From Chiloscyllium plagiosum (lineage: Eukaryota): a stretch of DNA of 64,000 nucleotides. Each line of letters starts with the position of its first letter. The first letter of the stretch is position 1. Under the pieces are notes generated by a model, which worked only from the letters and a program-made list of their open reading frames with translations, was not told the origin of the DNA and searched no databases. The DNA is taken from positions 21,141,217 through 21,205,216 of the forward strand of contig NC_057720.1 in NCBI RefSeq assembly GCF_004010195.1, given 5' to 3'. Below, in pieces: positions 25,119-37,313 of this stretch. A program made the position numbers and the translations under genes.

Positions 25119-25859
25119 ATGTTGCAAAGCCATGACATGAAGCAGAAAGTGGGCATTGCAAAGGGGTGGGAGATTTCACATTGAGTTTCTGCATAACTGA
25201 AACTGAAAGCAAAAATCTTAGAGCAGTTCAACAAGCACACATTCTTTCCATCAAGGACATGGTTAGGGGCTCTTCCAATGTGATTCAAGCCAATGTCCAC
25301 AGCAAACATTTCCACCTCTAGTCCAAAGCCCGCAATGAAGGACACTCATTCTCTCCGATAGGAGAGAGTGATGGGTGATGGAGTGATGGGTGGCTGGATT
25401 GATTCAAGACAAGGCGTGACATCACCTTCCATGGTGCAAGCAGTGAGGGTCCAGCAGTTACAATAGCAGTGACAGATGATTGGCTCCAAAAAGGAGCTGT
25501 CCATTATCACGAATGAGTGTGCGTCAGGAGACATTTTTATCACAGAAGAAACTGGATTGTTTTATGCTTTTCCAAATTGCCTGTTAATATTGTCATAAAA
25601 GGTACATGATTTATTTGCATTAATATCATTTTTGGAGTTTGGATATCAAACTAATGATATATGGGTGTTGGTTCTTCTTTTGAAGGAATTAAAAACAAAG
25701 GTCAGAGAGTCCTTTTAGAACTGTGACATAATCCAGCATCTGTCAGAAATCAAGTGACTAAGTCTTCCAGCGTGGTAAAAGACCTTTGTTATACTGTGGT
25801 ATTTACAACAGGGAGTAAACATTGATAAATGTTAGCTTGCTATTGGTTTACAATAGCCA

Positions 25860-26150
25860 CTTGCAGTACAGGAGAAGGCTATTTGGCCCATCATGTCCAC
25901 ACGGGTCTGTACAGATCTGAACTCCGAATTCTGCTTTTCCACCTTTGGCCCAGAGCCCTGGTCGCCAATAAAATATGTGCAAGAATCTACATACTGCTTA
26001 AATGTGACAAGGGTTTCTGACTCAACCACCTCTTCAGGCAGTGAGTTCTCAACACCCACGACACTATGAGTGAAAACATTTCTCTGACTCTCCCCTTAAC
26101 CTTCTACCTCTTACCTTAAATCTAGCTTCCTGGTGATTGGCACCTCCAGA
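25860..26150 (-). mobile_element. CR1 3' fragment
   Basis: ENSLPEEVVESETLVTFK. Confidence 0.75.
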
Positions 26151-26180
26151 ATAATCAAGATTGATTTTAGCGCCAGAAAA

Positions 26181-26466
26181 CCTGCCTCACAGTACCAGGG
26201 ACCTGGATTCAATTCCACCCATTGGGCGACTGTCTGTGTGGAGTTTGCACATTCTCTGGGTGTCTGTGTGTGTTTTCTCTGGGTGCAGGTTAGGTGGATT
26301 AGCCGTGTTAAGTTGCCCATAGTGTCTAAGGATGTGCAGGCTAGGTGGATTAACCATGGGATGTGCAGGGCTGCAGGACAGGGTGGGTTTAGGTGGGATG
26401 CTGTTCAGACGGTCGGTGTGGACTCGATGGACTGAATGGCCTGTTTCCACACTGCTGGGTTCTATG
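26181..26466 (+). mobile_element. HE1-like V-SINE, internally deleted
   Basis: ctgcctcacagtaccagggacctggattcaattcc...gtggagtttgcacattctc...tail. Confidence 0.85.
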
Positions 26467-27679
26467 AAATATTTTAAGGAAACCTGACTAGGATCGGGAC
26501 AGTTTATCTTCCAGAAAGAAGTGTGAAACACTTTAGGAAAAGCTCAGTTACCTTGGTACAAAAAGTTTCACTTGTAAAACTTCCAGACCAGCACAACTTT
26601 GTCAGAATTCTGCAGATTATTATATGCCTGACAAAGTCTAATGTTTCAGTTTTGTGAGTATTCATATAAGTAAACTTTACAGTTTAGAAGTTCAGAAGTG
26701 GGGAGAAGGAATTAAGTCAAACCTAAAGATTTGATAAAGTAGGGCATTTTCCTGGATTTGAGTCACTATTAACATGATGGTCTTTGAAAATAGACAAAAC
26801 TTTGGTTTGCAGTGTTTTAAATACTTGCAAACTGTTTTCTAGTTTGAGATGTCTTGGTTTCTTTTATTTTATTTATTTATTTTTATGTAGTAAACGTTTG
26901 CTTTATTGTTAAAACCAAATTGGCAGTGTTTAGTGCCTATGATTTAATGAATGACCACTATGTTAAATTGGAAAAAAATATGATCTATCAGACTAAATTC
27001 CATTCAGGGGTCTGACCTGTCTGGTACTACCATCATTGGAACATAACACTTAAAGGTGATGTGTGTAATGGTGAAAAGTGAAACAAATAATGTGTCACCA
27101 CTGTGGTCTGCACCAAAAGAATTTTAAGATAAGTTTGCATGAATGATCTCTAGTAGTCCTGAGGCATGAATCTGAAAAATGGACAAAGTGATCAAAAGAT
27201 CAATGGAAGTAAAGGAAGATTATCTTCATTACAGACAACTGCCCTGCTCATCCTGACATTACTAGACTCAAGTGTCAAACTGATGTTTCTAAGACCCAAC
27301 ACCACGTTCAAACTCCAGCCCAATGGATTAGAGGTGAGTAGGAACCATGTGAATCAGTACTGATGTCAACTGATCTCTCAGTTTACCGAGGTCATAATGT
27401 AAAACAGGAGTAACAGCCTAACTGTTCTAGAAACCATACTAATGATGAAGAAGAAATGGAAAAGAAGCTACCCATCAGCAACTGTGGGTTCAAGCAGGCG
27501 AGGACTGCACAAAAGAACTCAAGAATGTGGAACAGCATTATCAGGCTCTTTTCACTTGCCTGTGAGGGGCCAGAATGGAAATTCCAGCAAAGGTAACCAT
27601 AGAAACAGGCACCAAGATGAATGACATCATGTGCTGCACAATGGAACTGACAGATGAACCAATTGTAGTTGCAATGCGA

Positions 27680-28105
27680 TTGGCTGAGGATCCTGGGATT
27701 GTATTCATTAGAATTTAGAAGATTGAGGGGAGATCTAATAGAAACTTACAAGATAATGCATGGCTTGGAAAGGGTAGATGCTAGGAATTTGTTTCCGTCA
27801 GGCAGGGATACTACGACCCTGGGCACCGCCTTAGAATTAGAGAGGGTCAATTTAGAGTGGAAATGAGGAGACATGTCTTCAGCCAGAGAGTGGTGGGCCT
27901 GTGGAATTCATTGCCATAGAGACTGGTACATTGAATGCCTTCAAGGCAGAGATTGATAAATTCTTGATCTTGCAAGGAATTAAGGGATATGGGGAGAGTG
28001 CGGGTAAGTGGCATTGAAATGCCCATCAGCCATGGTTGAATGTTGGAGTGGACTCGATGGGCTGAATGACCATACTTCCACTCTTATCTCTTACCGTCTT
28101 ATGGT
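27680..28105 (+). mobile_element. CR1 3' end
   Basis: LRILGLYSLEFRRLRGDLIETYKIMHGLERVD; same subfamily as 63178-63540. Confidence 0.92.
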
Positions 28106-28499
28106 CAATGTGATCTTCAGTTGATGAAGCTAGTGACCGTTAGATGGTCTGATGAATGCCTACCCATTCACCTGCCTACAACTGGAACCACAACGACTAT
28201 AGAGTATCTCTTGAGTTTTGCACTGCAGCACAAACACACCAAAAGCAGATCTGACTACACTGATAAACATGGCGGATCAGGTCTTGTTAATCAGAAGACA
28301 GCACATTGGACTGGTAAAAGATTTCTGACATTTTCTGGAGTAAGCTCCCAACATTTTGCTATGTAGATTTCTGGCCATTTATAAGATCGATCAGTTGTAA
28401 GGTGTGAACAAATTGAATAAAGACATTTTCAGACATTTACATGTTTCCATTTGACATTTCAATCTATTGCCTTTGATATAGATCAAATATAGAGGAGCA

Positions 28500-28845
28500 T
28501 AAAATCATGAGGGGCATGGATAGAGTAAATAGACAAGGTTTTTTTCCCTCAGTTGAGGGAATCCAGAACTAGAGGGCATAAGTTTAGGGTGAGAGGGGAA
28601 GATAAAAGGGATTTAAGGGGCAACTTTTTCACGCAAAGTGTAGTGTGTGTATAGAATGTGTGGCCCTAGGAGTTGGTGGAGGCTGGTACCATCACAACAT
28701 TGAAAAGGCATCTGGATGGGTTTATGAATAGGAAGGCTTTAGAGGGATATGGGCCAAGTGCTAGCAAATGGTTAGGATATCTGGTCGACATGGACGAGTT
28801 GGACCTAAGGGTCTGTTTCTGTGCTGTACATCCCTATGACTCTAT
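28500..28845 (+). mobile_element. CR1/HER1-like 3' end
   Basis: VEAGTITTLKRHLDGFMNRK..EGYGP; tail ctatgactcta. Confidence 0.9.
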
Positions 28846-29039
28846 ATGTTGTTACATTTATGTGGGAATGGGACTTCTTTTCAACTGAACACAATTTTGT
28901 TGGTGGATGCTCTGAAATTTGACTCATCTAGATTTTATTGTCATCCACAGAAGCGGATTAATGCACTGATGACAGGAGTTCAACCCATATGGCAGCTGAG
29001 AAATTTAAATTCAGTTAATGAATATAACAGAGAACATAC

Positions 29040-29390
29040 AGCAGTATCTGGAACAAAATACAAATCTCATTCATAATAATAATGACACTACTTGTCTTGT
29101 CATTAAAAACTCATCTAGTTTGCACATGTTCTTCACAGGAATCTTCTGCCATCCTTACCTGGTCTGGCCTTTACATGACTTCTGATCCACAGGAATGTGA
29201 TTGACTCTTAATTCACTCATCTGCCTCAAACAGCTGCAGAAGAAAAACAGTGCGTAGCTGTATCTACACCAGATAAGCTGCAGCAGTTTATGCATGCTGT
29301 TCACCATCACTTTCTCCAAGATATTAAGGATGGTTCATGAATGATGACCATGTCAGTGGCACTCCAAACCCAAGAAGGAATAAGTAAGTT
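29040..29390 (+). mobile_element. Decayed SINE family B-related copy
   Basis: Core ctgccatccttacctggtctggcctttacatgacttctgatccac. Confidence 0.6.
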
Positions 29391-29774
29391 AAATTAATCT
29401 GTCTGTTAATGGAATAAAAACAGACGCTGGTATGGGGTTTCTAGTACACTATCATTGCATTCACTACCAATGCCTCCATCTACTGTGTACAGTCAGACAT
29501 CATTTTCTAATACAACTTAACTAACAAAATGTTTTAAAGAAAATGCAACAAATGTTCCTTTGTTGATCTCTGCGTAATTGTCCTGGTCTGCTCATGCCAT
29601 TGTCCTTATTAATTTGAAATTCCCGGGAATTTGGAAAATTCTGTTGCATTGTCGATTCTGATGCTAGAATAATTTTAGCTGATGCTCCCTGTTAACCAAG
29701 TATTAGGTAATGGATTTAAACCAATACTGTAAAATAAGCTTCAGTCTGTTCTAGTTGCATAAGGTCTGTTTTGC

Positions 29775-30025
29775 CACAGTTCCACACTGAGAAGGAGGTA
29801 GTAGTGCTGTAATACAAATGGCACTGCATTAATAATCCAACAGCTCAACCTAATGTTAGGAGGTTATGGTTTCAAATCTTTCAACATGATCTTTTTATGT
29901 CATAAAAACCCATCCAGTTGACTAATGACATTTGGGGAAGGAAATCTGCCATCTTTACCTGTCTGGCCCATATGTGATTCTAGACCCACAGAAGATGTGG
30001 TTAAATACCCCCAAGGGCATTTAGA
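29775..30025 (+). mobile_element. Decayed SINE family B
   Basis: ggaaggaaatctgccatctttacctgtctggcccatatgtgattctagacccacag. Confidence 0.65.
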
Positions 30026-30376
30026 GGAATAGAAATGATGCAAATTCAAAATGGTTGTCTATGTGGCATAAGGTGGTTAGTACCTGAAAAGCTGGCATCA
30101 TGGGATTAAGTCCCCCAATCAGGATACCAAAGACTGTTCCTGGCAGTAGATAATGGAGTTTTATATGTCTTTTTTGTGTTGTAGTCCTAATTGTTCTAGT
30201 GCTAAATCAATGTAGCTAACTGTAATATATACTTATTCTTAAATAGAATCTGATGTCCTACAAAAGATACATCTTAAATTTGAGGTAACTCGATATTAAG
30301 TACTACTTAAAAAAACTTTTTTCAAAATTGTCCTGTTTTCTGCCAAAAAACTTGTGTGGACATCCTTTGCCACTTA

Positions 30377-30530
30377 GAGTCATATAGTTGTAGAGATCTA
30401 CAACATGAAAACAGGCCCTTTGGTCCAACTTGCTTGTGCTGCCCAGTTTTCACAGTTTAAACTAGTCCCATTTTTGTGCATTTAGTCCATATCCTCCATA
30501 CTTATCCCATCTCTGTACCTGTCCAACTTG
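30377..30530 (-). mobile_element. CR1/HER1-like 3' tail fragment
   Basis: tagagtcatatag...aaacaggccctttggtccaac. Confidence 0.75.
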
Positions 30531-30840
30531 ATATCAATAACTTTGATTAATACCATGAAGAAGGATTGGTTGCATTGAATCTACCCAAGACATCCGAGAT
30601 AGTTCAAGCACACCGACACGATATTATAAGAATATGCCAGTGGTTGCCTGAAGATTGAGTTTACTCATACCATTATAAGAGTCCATCGTTTTCTTTGTAG
30701 TCTTTGTTATATAGCAGTGTGGCAGAACTCTGACAGCAACAATCAATTTGATAGTATTGTGCCTTACGTGCTCGTCCTCTACTCCAGGCAAAATGTCTGC
30801 AGTTTCTAAACATGAAAACATTAAGGTTAATTGCACAGAG

Positions 30841-30856
30841 CCACAAGAGGGCAGCA
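30841..30856 (+). promoter_or_regulatory. Candidate CTCF-binding motif
   Basis: CCACAAGAGGGCAGCA is close to the CTCF core CCASYAGRKGGCRS; lies in unique sequence. Confidence 0.35.
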
Positions 30857-31919
30857 ACTATCATTTTATTGAATTCTACAGTCACTGACAAAATGATTTT
30901 CTGTATTGCGTTTCACTGAAATAATCGACAAACGAATTTACTGCAAAATATTTTCTTTGTTTTCAACAGTATCCTGAACGATTTGAATTTCGATTGAAAA
31001 TGCTGAAGTGAAAATTGCCGAAGTATCAGACTGGATAAAGGTTAATCACAATTCCTTTAGTCATTTTAAAATGACATTTCTCCTCTGTTAACCAAAGGCA
31101 TGATGATAATAATAATAGGCTACTCAAGATCTGACATCTGCAGGGTAATTACTACCTTCCAGTATTTGGCCATGTATTGCATTCTGCTTAATACTGGCCT
31201 CTCTCTTGTTCTCATGTTCCACTTTCTGACAGCTTTATTTTTTTTAAAGGTTGGCCCTGCACTTTTCAATCGATTTCTCAAAAAGAACTTGGGCATTGGC
31301 TGACCGTGTCTAGCTGGTCTTGAGAATTCAGTGTCTAGGCTACTTAAGAGAGTAGTTAAATATTATTTAAATAATATTAAATGATGTTAGAGTGTGGTCA
31401 AGAATAGGCCAGACTTAGTTAGGGTGGCAATGTTTCTCCCATAAAGGATGTTAGTGAACTACTTGGACTTTCATGGCAATTTGGTGGTTTTTTTGGTCAC
31501 TTTTACTTACACCAGCTCCTTATTTCTGCATTGTATTGAAAACTTGAACTCTCAAACAGCCGTAAGTTGCTATTTTCCAGACTAACAGTTCAGTGACAAA
31601 ACTGACGCCATCCAGTCTCCCTGCCTTTGTCATGCCAGCTTTCCTCATTCATTCCCATTTCTTGGTCAAGCTTTCACACAGAAACTGTTCAGTTGCATAC
31701 TTCCATCATCTTCCTGTCGTATGGCGCAGTGAAATATTTCCTTCTCGCAGGGTAATGTCAGTAACATCTCCACAAAATTGTCGCAGTCTGATGGAAGAGG
31801 AGGCTAATTTTGAATACTTCCCTTCACAAAAATACATTTGTGCAGTGTGTGATCTTTTGTCATCTGTTGACGGCAATTTGAGAAGAAAGGCGATGACAGG
31901 GCATTCAAAAAACCCCCCA

Positions 31920-32340
31920 AAAAAACTGCGGGTACTGGAAATCAGAAACAAAAGTAGAAATTGCTGGGAAAACACAGCAGGTCTAGCAGCATTTTCAGTT
32001 CTGAAGAATGGTCACTGGACCCAAAATGTTAACTCTGCTTTCTTTCCACAGATGCTGAGTGGATAAAATGTGGAGCTAGAAAAAGCACAGCAGGTCAAGC
32101 AGCATCAGAAGAGCAGGAGATTCAAAGATTCAGGCAGGACCCTTCACCAGTATCGATAAAGGGTCCTGCCCGAAATGTTGCCTCTCCTGCTCCTCTGATG
32201 CTGCTTGACCTGCTGTGCTTTATCCAGCTCCACATTTTATCCACTCTGACTGTCCAGCATCTGCAGTCCTCACTGTCTTCAAGCTTCCACAGATGCTGCC
32301 AGACCTGCTGAGTTTTTCAAGGCAATTTCTGTTTTTCTTG
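31920..32340. mobile_element. Penelope-derived palindrome (family C) containing a nested insert
   Basis: Inverted ends (aacaaaagtagaaattgctgg / ggcaatttctgttttt); degenerate hammerhead CTGAAGA A TGGTC ACTG GACCC AAAA TGTT at 32001-32030. Confidence 0.7.
32058..32284. mobile_element. Penelope-derived asymmetric palindrome (family A-related), nested
   Basis: Inverted arms with the tail on the right; TSD ttccacagatgctg at 32044-32057 and 32285-32298. Confidence 0.85.
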
Positions 32341-32670
32341 TTGATGAAAGATTAGGTGCCAAGTCCCTGTATTTAGTGTGCCTGCAGAACTTTGAATTGT
32401 ACATTAATATTGCTTCTGTTTTCAAAATAAACTGTGCTACAACCATAATGACGCCCAGTTAATTTAATCAACACAGAACAAAACCAAAATCAGGTATTAC
32501 ATAATCACTTGAGAACCATTGTGTGCAAAATAACTACACAGACACCCATCATGAATTTCTGAAATAAAAACAGAAAATGCTGGAAAAACACTACAGGCCT
32601 GTTACCCTCTGAGGAAAAAGTAACAGAGTTAATGTTTCAAATCGATTATGATTCTTTTTCATGATTTGTT

Positions 32671-32993
32671 GGGTGACACAGTGGCTCAGTGGTTAGCATT
32701 GCTGCCTCACAGCGCCAGGATCCCAGGTTTGATTCCAGCCCTGGGTGACTGTCTGTGTGGATTTTGCACATTCTCCCTGTGTCTGTGTGGGTTTCCTCCG
32801 GGTGCTCTGGTTTCCTCCCACAGTCCAAAGATGTGCAGGTCAGGTGAATTGGCCATGCTAAATTGCCCATTGTGTTAGGTGCATTAGTCAGAGGGAAATG
32901 GATCTGGGTGGATTACTCTTCGAAGGGTCAGTGTGGACTGGTTGGGCCGAAGGGCCTGTTTCCTCACTGTAGGGAATCTCATCTAATCTAATC
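32671..32993 (+). mobile_element. HE1-like V-SINE, full length
   Basis: Near-identical to 5088-5402. Confidence 0.92.
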
Positions 32994-33487
32994 AAACTCA
33001 ATGGGGTTTTGTATTCTCATGATTGAGGGGGAGAAGGAGCAATTGGAACAGATAGTCTGGCCGCCCAGAACAAAGGACAAATAAGTACTGTATGGGTAAA
33101 GGTGGATAGGATTGCAAAAGTGCAAGGTGAAAATGGTCCCCCACTTCTAAAAGCAAGGCCAAAAAAACACAAAATGGACATCATGTGAAGGAGCGCAAAC
33201 AAAGGGAGTGCTAATGGTGGTAAAGGAGTGATAGAGATTTCAAACAGGTGTAAAGAGACAGAGGAGGTGCTTTTAGTCATAATGGAGGACAGAGTTCTTC
33301 TCTGAAGTTGTTAAACTCAGAGTTGAATTCGAGAGGTTGTAAAATGCTTAAGCAGAAGATTAGGTGTTGTTCCTCCAGCCTTGTGTGAAACTGAGTTGGA
33401 AGCCAGTAAAATGACTTTCCAGCTGCCTATCATCTCAATAAACCACTCTGCTCTCATGCTAATGTTTCCATCCTAGGACCAATAAAC

Positions 33488-33812
33488 ATAGATCATAGAA
33501 CATTACAGCACAGTACTGGCCCTTCGGCCCTCGATGTTGCAGCGACCTATCATACCAATCTGAAGCCCATCTAACCTACATTATTCCATGTATGTCCATA
33601 TGCTTGTCCAATGACAACTTCAATGTACTTAAAGTTGGCGAATCTACTACCGTTGCAGGCAAAGCATTCCGTACCCTTACTACTCTCTGAGTAAAGAAAC
33701 TACCTCTGACGTCTGTCCTATATCTATCACCCCTCAATTTAAAGCTATGCCCCCCTCGTGCTCCCCTTGGAAAATGGCTCTCCCTGTCCACCCTATCTAA
33801 CCCTCTGAACAC
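33488..33812 (-). mobile_element. CR1 3' end
   Basis: RGLDRVDRE...GHSFKLRGDRYRTDVRGSFFTQRVV..RNALP. Confidence 0.9.
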
Positions 33813-34899
33813 CATTTTCCATCCCCTTTCAGTGCTGACAAAGAGTCATATCAGACTCATAACATTAACCCTGCTTTTCTCTCCACAGATATTGTCAGAC
33901 CAATTGAGCTTTGCCAGAATTTTCTGTTCTTTATTTCTGATTTCCAATGTACGCGGTATTTTGCGGTGATTGATCATTGACTCTGCCTGCTGGTTCAGTC
34001 TTACATCCTGTCAGATCCTCTGTTTCCTAGCTCTCTACCCACCATCCCTGTTTGGTCTGTTCCTGTTTCTGATCTATTTCTCCATTTGGCAGATTGAATA
34101 GACATTTTTAAAAGGAATTAGATATTTACTTGGAAAAGGAATACAAATTACAGGCCTCTGCAAAAAAGATTGGCGAGGTGGGGATTAATTAGTTAGCTTT
34201 TGAAAGAGGCATGATGGCTGAATGGTCTAGTGTGCTGTATAATTCTACAAATATGTTCGATCCCGATTCTGTCAACGTCAATTAGGTGGGAATCATGGCA
34301 ATTATCCAACTACTTAGCCCAGGAACATTATTCCTGAATTAGGAATATGTTTAAAACAGCTTTTCTGCAAATTCAAGATATAAATAGGTCAGTGAACATC
34401 ACAGAATGTTTGCAACTTTGTGCCACAATTTACTCGATCACCTTTTTTCTTCATCTATTCTGCAATTCAGTTTAAACAATAGCATTTTCTAATGTGTAAT
34501 ACCAATGTAGTGATGATATATGACTACCTCTGTGACACTTTTCTGGCAGTGAATCCGCTATTTTGCTTACTTAATATTGGAAACTCGACCAAACTGGAGG
34601 CATGTTTTGTTTAAACTGACAGTTTGTGTCTCGATGTTTGTCTTCAGTCAGCATCAGTGAATGGAGATGGCTCTGTACAAAATCAGTCAGTGCTTGCATT
34701 TGCACCGGGTTGATTTGTACTAAACTGCACTATAGGCAAGGCAATTAGAGCAACCGAGGTTAAACTTCAGCATTCCTTTTTTTTAATTGTCTGTGATCTA
34801 TCTTTGAGGGCAGTGGCAGATCAATCATTGTCTATGTTCCAGATAGATATTAGTAGGTTTCGAGACAACAATGGCACCAAGGCAAGTTTGGTAAGCATT

Positions 34900-35150
34900 A
34901 ATGGGATTGGACAAAGCCTGGGTTTATGATCATGTTTAACAAATCTACTGAGTTTTTTGAGGATGTAACTAGTAGAATAGATAAGAGAGAACCAGTGGTT
35001 GTGTTAGTTTTTCAAAATGCATTTGATAAGGTCCCTCATAAGAGGTTAGTAGGCAAATTCAAAGCCCATAGGATAGGAGGTAATATATAGGCATGGATCA
35101 AAAATTGGTCGACAGACAAGAAACAGAGTGGGAATAAATAAGTGGGGTTA
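34900..35150 (+). mobile_element. CR1 RT fragment
   Basis: tcatgtttaacaaatctactgagttttttgag (SCLTNLLEFFE-like, frameshifted)...gcatttgataaggtccctcataagagg (AFDKVPHKR). Confidence 0.85.
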
Positions 35151-35347
35151 CCTCACTTGGCGAAAGAATCTCACATAGTATTAGTATTAGAGAAAGGGCC
35201 CTTTGCCCATTGAGTCTACACCAAAAAAGCTACCGTAGACCTACACTTGTCCGACTTTCCAGCATTTGGCTCACATCCTTGAATATTAAGACATTTCAAC
35301 TTTTCCAAGTCAGTTTTCAAAGGTTGTGAGGTTTTTCACCTCAACTG

Positions 35348-35602
35348 AGAGAAAATGAGGACTGCAGATGCTGGAGATCAGAGTTGCGAGTGCAGTGCTG
35401 AAAAAGCACAGCAGGTCAGGCAGAATCTGAGGAGCAGGAGAGTCGATGTTTCAGGCATAAGCCCTTCATCAGGAATTTATCTCTCAGCTCGCTTTCCCAC
35501 CCACATTCCTGATAAAGGGCTTATGCCTGAAACATGGAGTCTCCTGCTCCTTGGATGCTGCCTGACCTGCTGTGCATTTACAGCACCACACTTCTCAACA
35601 CG
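35348..35602. mobile_element. Penelope-derived asymmetric palindrome (family A)
   Basis: TSD tttcacctcaactg at 35334-35347 and 35603-35616; tail on the left; spacer retains pseudo-LTR upstream sequence. Confidence 0.88.
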
Positions 35603-36319
35603 TTTCACCTCAACTGCCCTCCAGTACCCCCTGGGTGAGAAATGTATTTCCTCAAATCCCCTCTAAACCTCCTGCCTTTCATATTAAAATTATTGATCCT
35701 TCGACTAAGGGTACAATTGTTTTATATCCATTCTGTCCATGCCCCTCATAATCTTATATACTTCAATCAAATTACTATTCAATCTAGAGAGAAACAACCC
35801 AAGCTCTCTTAATAGCAGGACCGCTCCATCCCAGGTACCATTCTGTTGAATCTCCTCTGTACCCCATCGAGTGTATTCACATCCTTCCTTTAATATGGTA
35901 ACCAGAACTCCACACAGTATTCTGGCTATGGTCTAGTCAAAGTTCATACAGTTCCAACTTAACCTCCCTGCTCTTATAATCTCTACCACAGCTGATAAGG
36001 GCAAGTGTCCCATATGTCTTCTTAACTGGTGTGTTAACCTGTCCTACCACTTTCAGGGATCTGTGGACCAGAACTCCAAGTTCTCCCTGTTCCTCTGAGC
36101 TTCCTAGTGTCTACCATTCAATGAGTACTCCTTTGTCTTGTTACTTCTTACAAAGTACATCACCTCGCATTCCATCTGCCACTGATCTGCCCATCTCACC
36201 AACCCATCTATTTCCTCCTGTAACCTAAGGTCATCATCTTCCCCGTCAATCATATGCTAAACTTTGTGTCATCCATAAACTTTATCACCAACCCCTCCCC
36301 CCCCCCACCCCAGCATTTT

Positions 36320-36640
36320 GTTTGTAATTCAGTCATGGGATGTAGGTGTTGCTGGGTAGCCAACATTTCTTGCCCATTCCTAGCTGCCCTTAAACTGTCT
36401 GACTTGCTTGGTAATTTCAGAGGGTTGTTGAAAGTCAATCACATTGATGTAAGTCTTGTGTCAAAGGTAGACCAGACCAGGTAAGGATGGTGGATTTCCT
36501 TCCATGAAGGACAAAAATGAACCAGATGGGTTTTCTTGCTCATCAGCAATTGTTTCATGTTAATCTGTAGGTTCTTAATTCCAAATCTTTACAAATTGTA
36601 TCCAGATTTCCATGCTGGAATTTGAAATCTAGTCCCCTAC
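36320..36640 (-). mobile_element. SINE family B
   Basis: gtagaccagaccaggtaaggatgg...ttccttcc, reverse complement of the family core. Confidence 0.7.
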
Positions 36641-37313
36641 CACCACCCTCTGTTTCCTATTACTAAGCCAGTTCTGGATCCTACTTGCCAAGTTACTCTG
36701 GATCCCATGTCTTTATCAGTTTCCCAAGTGATGCTTTGTCAAAGATTTTGCTGGAATCTATATAGACTGCTTAAATTGCACTATCCTCATCTATACACCA
36801 GGCTATATCCTAAAAAAAAAATCCAATCAAATTTGTTAGGCATAACCTCCATCTTGCAAAGCTATGCTGGTGATCCCTGATCAAACCTTGACTCTCCAAA
36901 AGGAGATTAATTCTCTCCTTCAGAATTTTCTCCAATAGTTTCCCCACCTCTGATGTAAGACTCACTGGTCTGTAATTCCCTGGTTTATCTCTACCAACCT
37001 TCTTTAAAAGTGGAACCACATCTGGCACCTTCCCCTGTGACCAGGGACGAATTAAAAATTTGGATCAGCACCTCTATAATTTCCTCCCTCGGCTCCCACA
37101 CTAGCCTGAGATCCAATTCTGCCAGACCTGGTGATTCCTCTACTTAGAGTAGGTTAATAAAGTTGTCCAACTACCTTCCTGTATCAGTATATTTTTTCCC
37201 TGTTCAGTTGACACACTGCTAAGGGTAAGTAGGACTTGAACCTAAACCAAACGATTAGACGGCACGGATGCTCCTGTGGTGCTGCACAAGTCACTCTCTA
37301 GGCTTTTTTTATA

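Larger units (their letters stand above)
25591..27048 (+). mobile_element. Probable LTR remnant, interrupted by CR1 and SINE; 5' boundary uncertain
   Basis: Ends ...ggggtctgacctgtc...cataaCA, similar to the end of the solo LTR at 52164; no clean TSD found. Confidence 0.35.
32555..33970 (-). mobile_element. Penelope-like element remnant: minus pseudo-LTR, GIY-YIG C-terminus and an inverted plus pseudo-LTR; interrupted by SINE and CR1
   Basis: Minus translation near 33300-33385 reads RLEEQHLIFCLSILQPLEFNSEFNNFR; pseudo-LTR arms at about 32555-32645 (-) and 33820-33970 (+). Confidence 0.7.
35190..37150 (-). mobile_element. CR1 ORF2 fragments, interrupted by a palindrome and a SINE
   Basis: VVPLLKKVGRDKPGNYRPVSLTSEVGKLLEKIL; KFMDDTK; decayed 3' region. 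Confidence 0.85.

Noticed and set aside
31593..32066. 157-aa plus ORF and overlapping 89-aa minus ORF
   Set aside because: Both run into repeats; no domain recognised; the candidate minus exon lacks a good donor before its stop.
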